A stretch of DNA of 53,292 nucleotides from a virus (taxonomy: Duplodnaviria; Caudoviricetes): positions 1-53,292 of the IMG/VR virus record IMGVR_UViG_3300045977_000215; one strand, 5' to 3'. Of the stretch, positions 46,625 to 53,292 are shown one piece after another. The notes beneath the pieces are model-generated. The model saw only the letters and a program-made list of their open reading frames with translations, was not told the DNA's origin and did not search any database. The translations under genes and the position numbers were made by a program. The first letter of the stretch is position 1. Each line of letters opens with the position of its first letter.

Positions 46625-46882
46625 CTAGCGCCCGACCCAGCGATAGCCCATGAGTTCGCCGGGCACGGGCTCCCATCCCAGCTCGCGCATGCACTTATTC
46701 TTCAGCGCGCCGCCGATTGCCTCCCCGACGAAGGGGACGGGGACGAAGGCATAGCCGATGTTCTCCCACCGACAGACCTCGTAGGCGCCGGCCAGCTTGT
46801 CGGCGTTGCCGTAGCCCACGACCTTGGGGCCGCAGCCGACAACAACCACGGCGAGGAGCGCGAGCGCGACTAGGCGCCTCAC
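46625..46882 (-). CDS. Lipoprotein
   Basis: MRRLVALALLAVVVVG/C lipobox; GTGA coupling. Confidence 0.65.
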   Translation of the reverse strand: MRRLVALALLAVVVVGCGPKVVGYGNADKLAGAYEVCRWENIGYAFVPVPFVGEAIGGALKNKCMRELGWEPVPGELMGYRWVGR

Positions 46883-47157
46883 GGATCGACGCCCTGCACG
46901 GTGTAGCCCTTCGCCTTCATGCAGGTGACGTAGCCCATCTCGTAGTCGCTCTTCGCCACCTGGTAGCCGATGAAGCCGGACAGCCAGCCCATGCCCTTCG
47001 CGTCCTGAGCTTGCTGCTCGCATGCCGCTTGATCCTGCGCCGTCTGGGCCGTCGCCGCGCCGGTGCGCGAGACGGGGTACTTCTGCGGGGCGCCAGAGAT
47101 CGAGCAGCCGGCGAAGACAAGGGCGGCGATGACGAGTGCGGCCAATCGTGTGCTCAT
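46879..47157 (-). CDS. Lipoprotein
   Basis: MSTRLAALVIAALVFAG/C; GAGGAG RBS; C...CMKAKGY. Confidence 0.75.
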   Translation of the reverse strand: MSTRLAALVIAALVFAGCSISGAPQKYPVSRTGAATAQTAQDQAACEQQAQDAKGMGWLSGFIGYQVAKSDYEMGYVTCMKAKGYTVQGVDP

Positions 47158-47528
47158 GCTTTTCTCCTCTCACGCCGCTGCTGCCGGAGCGCATCCCGTC
47201 GCTCGCGGGGGAAGGTCCCCCGCGCGGGGGCGGGGTCGGCAAGGGGCTTGCGGGGCGACGTGGCGTCGAGCGGCGGCGCGGGCTCCACAGGTGGCGATCG
47301 GAACTCCAGGCGTTCCCGGGCGAGCGGCATCGTCTCGGCCGATGCGACGAGCAGGGCCATGAGCCGGGCCGTGCGGACGTGCATCGTGAGGATGTCCAGC
47401 AGGGCGGCAGCGTCCAGCTCCATGCAGAGCGTGAGCCCGTCCCACACCTCCACAATGGCGCCCGGGCGGATCGGCTGGCGCCAGCCGTCTGCGCTGAGGT
47501 AGCAGTCGATCCCGATCACCGGGGCCAC
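47154..47528 (-). CDS. Hypothetical protein
   Basis: Between repressor and lipoproteins; ATGA coupling; start uncertain. Confidence 0.4.
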   Translation of the reverse strand: MAPVIGIDCYLSADGWRQPIRPGAIVEVWDGLTLCMELDAAALLDILTMHVRTARLMALLVASAETMPLARERLEFRSPPVEPAPPLDATSPRKPLADPAPARGTFPRERRDALRQQRRERRKA

Positions 47529-47618
47529 CGGCGGGCGGCTGCGGAGCGTGGTCGAACGTGGCCCGTGGGCTGCGGGCCGGTGAACGACCGGTGCTGCACG
47601 ATTGTTTCCACGCCATCG

Positions 47619-48098
47619 CTAGGCGGCCAGCGGCCAGGCGACGTCGGGTGTTGACATAATGCTTCGTGACGGACGCGGCCGGCGGGGCTGAGATCGACGT
47701 GCCACACCATCGGTGGTGGTGGTGGGCAGCGGCTCAGGCCGCGCATTCCCGTTCGCGCCGCGGAGAGGGCGCGGACCGCGTCCGGACCGCCGGGCCGGGG
47801 CAGGGGCGAGAGGCTTGGGGCCGCGGCGTCGTGGCTCCATATACGATGCAGGCCGTTCGCCGATGGCCCACTTCGCGCCGTCATCGTTGATGACCTTGAG
47901 GATATCGCCGATGGGGAGCGTGTAGAACGCGCAGAAGCGCGCGATCCCCGCCAGGCCGTACTCGCGCGACTCGCCGCGCTCCCATCGCAACACGGTCGTG
48001 TAGGGGAGCCCCGTTGCCGTCGCCATGTCGCGGGCGTTGCCGTGGTGGCGCTCCATGATGAGGTGATGCACGAGCATCGGGAAGCTCTCGACCTTCAT
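47619..48098 (-). CDS. Putative immunity repressor (XRE HTH)
   Basis: MATATGLPYTTVLRWERGE; GGAGG RBS; divergent from Cro-like gene. Confidence 0.75.
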   Translation of the reverse strand: MKVESFPMLVHHLIMERHHGNARDMATATGLPYTTVLRWERGESREYGLAGIARFCAFYTLPIGDILKVINDDGAKWAIGERPASYMEPRRRGPKPLAPAPARRSGRGPRPLRGANGNARPEPLPTTTTDGVARRSQPRRPRPSRSIMSTPDVAWPLAA

Positions 48099-48124
48099 AC
48101 CAGCCCTCCATCGGCCGGATAAAT

Positions 48125-48229
48125 CCGCCACCGTGGCGGTGATTCACCCTACACCAGAACCCGGAAGTTGACTACCGGACGCCGGGCGTAATTTTTATCT
48201 TGACGTAGTATCACCACCGTGGTTATATC
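48125..48229. promoter_or_regulatory. Genetic switch: two palindromic operators and rightward promoter
   Basis: CCGCCAC-C-GTGGCGG (48125-48139) and ACCAC-C-GTGGT (48213-48223) share CCACCGTGG; TTGACG (48200) ... TTATAT/TATATC (48223-48229). Confidence 0.7.
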
Positions 48230-48237
48230 CGCCCGTG

Positions 48238-48465
48238 ATGCTCACCTACAACCGCGTCGCCATCCGGACCCTTCGGCTCGCACGGGAGATCGACACCGAT
48301 ACCCTTGGCCGTCGCGCTCGCCTGACCGGCCGCGCCATCCGCGCCATCGAGCGCGGCTCGATTCCTCGCGCCGACACCCTCGGCCGCATCGCGTCGGTGC
48401 TCGGCGTGGGCGTAGAGACGTTCTACGTCCAGCGGACTACCAAGCGGGCGGGGGTGACCGCATGA
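48238..48465 (+). CDS. Cro-like XRE HTH protein
   Basis: IRTLRLARE...LGRRARLT...IRAIERG..PRADTLGRIASVLGV; start directly after promoter (possibly leaderless). Confidence 0.8.
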   Translation: MLTYNRVAIRTLRLAREIDTDTLGRRARLTGRAIRAIERGSIPRADTLGRIASVLGVGVETFYVQRTTKRAGVTA

Positions 48466-48716
48466 CGTCTCGCCGGATCGCCGAGTGCGAGGTGTGCGGC
48501 GCGGAGATTCACCCTGAGCGACTCGCCGAACTGCGCATGGTCGTGACCGTCGCCGGCCAGGATCACGACCTCGGGGGGAGTGGCGTGCCGCGCTCGGCGG
48601 ACCTCTGCTCGCCGGCGTGCGCCTTGTTGCGCGCGTGGGCGCTGATCGAAAGAGCGTACGGCCGCCCGCTGATGGACCCGCGCCAGGCCGCGGCGCTGCG
48701 CGAGGGGCTGGGGTGA
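48462..48716 (+). CDS. Zn-binding hypothetical protein
   Basis: CEVCG...DLCSPAC. Confidence 0.6.
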   Translation: MTSRRIAECEVCGAEIHPERLAELRMVVTVAGQDHDLGGSGVPRSADLCSPACALLRAWALIERAYGRPLMDPRQAAALREGLG

Positions 48717-49450
48717 TGGCTGGTCCGCTGATCCTGTCCATCTTTCCGGGCATCGACCTCCTGGGCCGCGCGTTCGAGGAGGTGTGGCCAGAGGCATGCG
48801 TGGTGCGCGGGCCGGACCTGCTCTGGGGTGGAGATATCCGCACGTTCCATCCGCCGGCCGGGCGCTTCGATGGCGTCATCGGCGGGCCGCCGTGTCAGGC
48901 GTTCTCGCGGCTGCGGCATCTCGTCGAGCACAACGGCCACGCGGTCGCGCCGAATCTGATCCCGGAGTTCGAGCGGGTGGTGTCCGAGGCGAAGCCGGCG
49001 TGGTTCCTGATGGAGAACGTGCCGGCCGCGCCGGCGCCGAGTGTCGCCGGCTACGACGTCTACACGCAGATGATCCAGGACTGCCACGTCGGGGGCGAGA
49101 CGCGCCGGGTGCGGGCGTTCTCGTTCGGCCGTGCGTGGGGCCGCGGGCCGCTGTCGATCGAGTGGGCGGCGCTCCACACGAGCGACCCGATGCCGGCAGC
49201 ACTCGCGGCTGGATTCGATGCGGGCGGGAAGGGAGGGCGAGAGCGTGCCCGGACGGCGGCGTCCCTAGGCCACAAGACGCTGGCGACTCTATCGGCGAGC
49301 CTGCAGGCTCAGGGGCTGCCGCCGGACTTTCTCGCCGAGGCGCCCTTCACCGTGGCCGGAAAGATCAAGTGCGTCGGGAACGGTGTGCCGAGGAAGATGG
49401 GCCACGCCGTCGCCAAGGCCGTACGGCGTGCGGTGGAGGTAAAGGCGTGA
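48716..49450 (+). CDS. DNA (cytosine-5)-methyltransferase, compact
   Basis: Motif I LSIFPGID, IV GGPPCQAFS, VI MENV, VIII TRRVR, X VGNGV. Confidence 0.9.
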   Translation: MAGPLILSIFPGIDLLGRAFEEVWPEACVVRGPDLLWGGDIRTFHPPAGRFDGVIGGPPCQAFSRLRHLVEHNGHAVAPNLIPEFERVVSEAKPAWFLMENVPAAPAPSVAGYDVYTQMIQDCHVGGETRRVRAFSFGRAWGRGPLSIEWAALHTSDPMPAALAAGFDAGGKGGRERARTAASLGHKTLATLSASLQAQGLPPDFLAEAPFTVAGKIKCVGNGVPRKMGHAVAKAVRRAVEVKA

Positions 49451-49638
49451 ATCGCACCGGCGCGCCGAGGATGCCGCGCGTCCGGATCGTCTGCGACCGG
49501 TGCGGGCGGGACGTGCCCATCCAGCGCGGGCATCGCTATCGCATGCATCGCGTCGAGCCCTACGCGCAGGGCCGTCCCACGCCCGCGTGGTGCGCGAACA
49601 GCGGGATGCGCGTCGTGCCGGCATGTGGGAGTGCGTGA
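49447..49638 (+). CDS. Small Zn-finger protein
   Basis: CDRCGR...H...C..SG. Confidence 0.55.
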   Translation: MNRTGAPRMPRVRIVCDRCGRDVPIQRGHRYRMHRVEPYAQGRPTPAWCANSGMRVVPACGSA

Positions 49639-49778
49639 TGGATAGCCCGATGTGGCCGCTGGCGCTCGGCCTGTCGCTCGCGTGCTGGGCCATCGTCGTG
49701 GCCGTCGTGCTGCTGGCGCTCGGCGAGAAGGCGGTCATGGCGTGGGCGGAACGCAATGACGACGAGGAGACAGCATGA
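49638..49778 (+). CDS. Small membrane protein
   Basis: Single TM helix; TGATG coupling. Confidence 0.5.
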   Translation: MDSPMWPLALGLSLACWAIVVAVVLLALGEKAVMAWAERNDDEETA

Positions 49779-49907
49779 GGAAGGGACTCGCGGCAACACT
49801 CTTGGCTTGGCAATTTCTACTGCTCCCGCATGAGGGGCCGCCCACCGTCGTCGGTCCGTTCCGGACCGAGCAGGGCCGCCGGGGCGCTGAGGATCGACGT
49901 ATGGACT

Positions 49908-50072
49908 TCGCCGCGGGGCTCGGTGGAGACCGGGCGCCGGAATTGGCCGGCGCGGTGGGGCGGAGGGCTAGGAACCTCCCCACGCCCGCGGCGATGCCCT
50001 TATTGGGGGCGGCAATCGAACTGGATACACGCCTGGATACGATACCGCCACCCACATCCCGCGGCGCTTTTT
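49908..50072. ncRNA. Candidate structured RNA (cloverleaf-like)
   Basis: 10-bp closing stem 49908-49917/49985-49994 enclosing hairpins; a further stem and a T-run downstream. Confidence 0.3.
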
Positions 50073-50102
50073 GACCACGTTAGAGCATTTGGAGGAGGCG
50101 CG

Positions 50103-50282
50103 ATGAGCCCGCTGGCCTACGAGTTGGAACGCGATGCCCTGCGGCTGGCGCGCGCCGCCCTGGCGCCGTATCCGCTGCCGTCTCGCGTCGTGCGCGAGGA
50201 GGAGACGGCGACGCTTGCGGAGACGCTCCGGCGCGTCGTCGTCGAGCATCTCGAATCGCTGGGCCTGGAGGTGGCGCGGTGA
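50103..50282 (+). CDS. Small hypothetical protein
   Basis: GGAGGAGG RBS. Confidence 0.6.
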   Translation: MSPLAYELERDALRLARAALAPYPLPSRVVREEETATLAETLRRVVVEHLESLGLEVAR

Positions 50283-50476
50283 CGCTCTGGGACGTGGGCT
50301 TCGCGTACCTCGCGGCATGCGCGGGCTTCGCGGTGGGCTGGGCCTGCTGCACGCTGCTCCATCGCTGCCCGCCGCCTGTGGGGATCGGCGATCTTGACGA
50401 CGCCTATCGCCGCGGCAAGGCGGATCGCGATGCAGAGCTCGCCGCGGAGATCGGCGCGCTGGAGCGGATGCTGTGA
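50279..50476 (+). CDS. Small membrane protein
   Basis: N-terminal TM helix; AYRRGKAD; GTGA coupling. Confidence 0.55.
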   Translation: MTLWDVGFAYLAACAGFAVGWACCTLLHRCPPPVGIGDLDDAYRRGKADRDAELAAEIGALERML

Positions 50477-50694
50477 GCCCGCGCGTGCTGACGGATGAGT
50501 GGCGGCCCGTGCCGGGATATCTCGGGCTCTACGAAGTATCCTCGGCCGGGCACATTCGGTCGGTGGGGAGGTTCCGCGATGGAGTAATTCAGGCGACGCC
50601 AATCCAGAGCATGAGTATCCGTGGTTCTTCGGCGGCATCAGCGACGCGGAGTATGCCGAGCACGTCCAAGGATGGTTGGAGGAGTCGGCGATGA
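50473..50694 (+). pseudogene. Truncated NUMOD4 homing endonuclease
   Basis: EWRPVPGYLGLYEVSSAGHIRSV with no HNH domain following. Confidence 0.7.
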
Positions 50695-51002
50695 TCGTAC
50701 GTCTCAGCGTCAAGCCTGGGGCGCGCCCGGTGACTGTCGAGGCCGTGGCCGCGCTGGGCGGCTTGGCTCTGCACCGCGACCCGTGGAATCGGACCGCGTG
50801 GGCGATTACGCATCTCGCGTCCGGGCAGCGCGCGTTGGAGTCTCAGTCGCGTCTCGCCGGCCTGCGCGGGCTGGCGGTGCTCAATCAACCGGGGGTGGAC
50901 TGGCGCCGGCGGGACATCCCGATCCAGGCCCCCCAGGCGTACGCGCGGGCGCATGCGCGCGCCAAGGCCGCGGTCGAGGCGCTCGGCGAGGAGGCGTGGT
51001 GA
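50691..51002 (+). CDS. Hypothetical protein
   Basis: GGAGGAG RBS; LALHR...WAITHLASG. Confidence 0.6.
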   Translation: MIVRLSVKPGARPVTVEAVAALGGLALHRDPWNRTAWAITHLASGQRALESQSRLAGLRGLAVLNQPGVDWRRRDIPIQAPQAYARAHARAKAAVEALGEEAW

Positions 51003-52066
51003 TGGCCACCGTCCCGCGCCGCGCGCTTCTGGGCGCCGGCCTCTTCGCCGGCCTCTGGCCGGCCGCCCGCCCGCCCGCCGAGGCGCAGAGCCGCCATGCT
51101 CACGCCCTTGACCACGGCGCCTGTCGCTTCGAGCCGGGCGACGGCACCTACGGATTCCTGCGGCCGCACAATGGCGATGGCCTCCAGGTGGCGGGCCGTC
51201 GCTACGAGATTCCGTGGTTGGGCGATGGCGGGAGCGCGCCGTGTCGCATCGCGAGTGCGGACCTGGCGCCCGGACAGACGTATTTGATCTTCGCCACGGT
51301 GCAGGGCGGCGTCCTCCAGCTCGTGGCGCTCCCGCACCGGCCGCGGATGCACGCGCCGAGTCTCACCCGCGGCAACCGCGGCGTGGAGGTGCTCGCGCGT
51401 GACGGGCGCCCCGTGAGCGACGAGCACACGCTCGTGGGGATGATCGCGACGCACCCCGTGGATAAGACGTTCGCCGCGAACGGCTTTCGCGGGACGTGCC
51501 TCTCCTGGTTCCATCGCGCGAATCTCTACGTGAGCGATGGCGGTGGGTGCGTCGAGGTGACGCGCGCGCTGATGGCGGAGCACGGCGTGTGGAATGACTA
51601 CCTCCAGATGCCGCACGTCAACCTCTGGGCCGCGCAGTGCCGAACGCGCAATGTGGACCTGGGAGGCCACCGGGGCGAGGACTCGCCGCCGTATCCATCT
51701 GGCCTTCCGGTCCTCGCGTGGGATACCAGCGGGCGGGGGCGGCTCGGCGCGTCGCAAGCCGGGTGCAGCATCATGGTCGGCCACAACGGCGGCATGTGGG
51801 CCGATGAGGGGGTGATCGCGGGCGCGGTCCCTGGCCTCGATAGCGGGCCCTACTTCGGGAGCCCGGTCGGCGGCGGCAGTCCGGTGCCTCACCAGCCGAC
51901 GTATACCGGCGGGTGGCATTCCCTCGACGGCGGCACCAGCGGCTCCCTCTGGGGGCGCGAGGGACTCTCGCAGATCACCGTCTGGGCCTCCTGCTCGTGG
52001 ACGACGGACAATCCCGCCGCGCGGGCCGCGATGTGGCTCGTGCCGTGGGTGTGGACGGCGGGATGA
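51002..52066 (+). CDS. Twin-arginine signal protein with tail-fibre-like domain
   Basis: MATVPRRALLGAGLFAGL...AEA/Q; GVEV...TLVGMI.T...F...SWFHR. Confidence 0.6.
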   Translation: MATVPRRALLGAGLFAGLWPAARPPAEAQSRHAHALDHGACRFEPGDGTYGFLRPHNGDGLQVAGRRYEIPWLGDGGSAPCRIASADLAPGQTYLIFATVQGGVLQLVALPHRPRMHAPSLTRGNRGVEVLARDGRPVSDEHTLVGMIATHPVDKTFAANGFRGTCLSWFHRANLYVSDGGGCVEVTRALMAEHGVWNDYLQMPHVNLWAAQCRTRNVDLGGHRGEDSPPYPSGLPVLAWDTSGRGRLGASQAGCSIMVGHNGGMWADEGVIAGAVPGLDSGPYFGSPVGGGSPVPHQPTYTGGWHSLDGGTSGSLWGREGLSQITVWASCSWTTDNPAARAAMWLVPWVWTAG

Positions 52067-52302
52067 GGCCGCGTGTGTCGGAGCCGGTGGCCGAGCAGGA
52101 CCGTGAGGACGCGGCCCGGCGCGCGGATCAGGCGCGGGACGATGCGGCGTATCGGGCGCTGAGCGATGAGAAGCACGCGGCGATGCTCGGCACGTTGTCA
52201 TCGTGGGAGTGGGAAGGGCGTGCATGCGAGCCGCTGGACGAGTGGACGAGCCCGGAGCCGGAATTGGCGCCGGACGCCCGTCCGACGAGAGGCGACACAT
52301 GA
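52063..52302 (+). CDS. Acidic hypothetical protein
   Basis: ATGA coupling on both sides. Confidence 0.55.
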   Translation: MRPRVSEPVAEQDREDAARRADQARDDAAYRALSDEKHAAMLGTLSSWEWEGRACEPLDEWTSPEPELAPDARPTRGDT

Positions 52303-53213
52303 TCGATCGCCCCGGCTGTTACGCGATCAGCGCGGCCGAGTACCACGCGGACCCCGTGGCGACACCGTCGCTCTCCTCGTCGGTCGCGCGCATGCTCCTG
52401 GCGCAGTCCCCGTATCACGCCTGGTACGCGCACCCGAGGCTGAACCCGGCGCACGTCCTGCAGTACGCGGACCGCTTCGACCTCGGCACGGCGGCGCACG
52501 CGTACATCCTCCAGGGCGCCAGTCCCTTCGCGGTGGTGGAGGCCGACTCGTGGCAGACCAAGGCTGCGCGGGAGCAGCGAGACGTGGCGCGCGCCGCTGG
52601 CAAGGTCGCGATCCTCGTCGAGCAGTGGTGCCGTGTCCAGGCGATGGCGCGGGCCGTGCGAGCCCGCCTCCTGGTGCACGGCGCCTCCCCGCGCCCGCTG
52701 GCCGATCCCGGCGAGGCCGAGCAATGCCTGGTCTGGCAGGACACGGGCGGCGTCTGGTGCCGCGCGCTGCTCGACTGGCGGCACATCGGCGCCGACGTGA
52801 TCGATGATCTCAAGACCGTCGGCGGGAGCGCTGAGCCGGACGCCTTCATCCGGGGCGCGCTGTACCGCGAGCGGTACGACCTTCAGGCGGCGTTCTACGC
52901 CCGCGGCTACCGCGCGGTGTTCGGACGCGAGCCGGCGTTCCGCTTCGTCGCTGTCGAGCAGGAGGCGCCGCACGCGGTCTCCGTCGTCGGGCTCGCACCG
53001 CTGGCGATGGATGTCGCCGATCGGGCCGTCGCCCGGGCGATCGAGCAGTGGCGCCGCTGCGTGGCGAGCGACATCTGGCCCGCGTACCCGCGCGCAGTCT
53101 GCTATGCGGAGGCCCCGCCGTGGGTGGTCGCCGAGGAGGAGGCGCGCCAGTATGCGGCGCGCGCGCAGGACGACGGGCGGCCGCTGGTGGATCAACTCAT
53201 GGGAGATCGGTGA
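52299..53213 (+). CDS. RecE/ExoVIII-like PD-(D/E)XK exonuclease (DUF3799-like)
   Basis: YHAD...LSSS...SP.H...GTAAH...E...W...CRALLD...IDDLKT...YDLQAAFY...FRFVAVEQEAPH. Confidence 0.9.
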   Translation: MIDRPGCYAISAAEYHADPVATPSLSSSVARMLLAQSPYHAWYAHPRLNPAHVLQYADRFDLGTAAHAYILQGASPFAVVEADSWQTKAAREQRDVARAAGKVAILVEQWCRVQAMARAVRARLLVHGASPRPLADPGEAEQCLVWQDTGGVWCRALLDWRHIGADVIDDLKTVGGSAEPDAFIRGALYRERYDLQAAFYARGYRAVFGREPAFRFVAVEQEAPHAVSVVGLAPLAMDVADRAVARAIEQWRRCVASDIWPAYPRAVCYAEAPPWVVAEEEARQYAARAQDDGRPLVDQLMGDR

Positions 53214-53292
53214 TGGATCGGCTTCCGGATCTGACAGCGCTGCGCGACCTGTTCGACTACGACCCGGATTCCGGCCAGTTGTTGTGGCGCGC
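53166..53292. repeat. Terminal direct repeat, right copy
   Basis: Identical to 1-127. Confidence 0.97.

Noticed and set aside
49908-49994. Canonical tRNA gene
   Set aside because: 6-nt anticodon-position loop, no TTC T-loop on the plus strand and extra bases before the closing stem; kept only as a structured-RNA candidate
53166-53292. 127-bp terminal repeat as a biological DTR
   Set aside because: The length equals a common assembler k-mer and it falls mid-gene; best read as a circular overlap

Overview
This window is an apparently complete, circularly assembled, high-GC tailed phage genome of 53,165 bp; positions 1-127 recur exactly at 53166-53292. Reading round the circle: a repressor/Cro switch with two palindromic operators (~47.6-48.5 kb); an early region with a C5-methyltransferase, small genes, a RecE-like exonuclease, HNH-AP2 and a Sak4-like ATPase; an Hjc-like resolvase; a replication initiator and DnaC-like loader; a small serine resolvase but no recognisable integrase. 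The late region has terminase, portal, MuF, a protease-scaffold-capsid polyprotein, a siphovirus-type tail with a -1 frameshifted chaperone and a 1803-aa tape measure, a large accessory virion/secreted-protein block and membrane proteins, with no recognisable endolysin. The standout is a 274-aa intein in the MuF gene (11575-12396) with no sense-strand endonuclease. Instead it contains a complete HTH + DUF559/Vsr-like endonuclease ORF on the opposite strand (12336-11620), whose Shine-Dalgarno and TATAAT box are written into the codons of the intein's C-terminal splicing motifs. Other highlights: an apparent in-situ replacement of RusA by an Hjc-type nuclease, signal peptides and a shared LLGVG C-terminus on tail-module proteins, a 2127-aa glycoside-hydrolase-like virion protein, and a Tat-signal protein in the early region. 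All family assignments are by-eye motif recognition; no database search was run.
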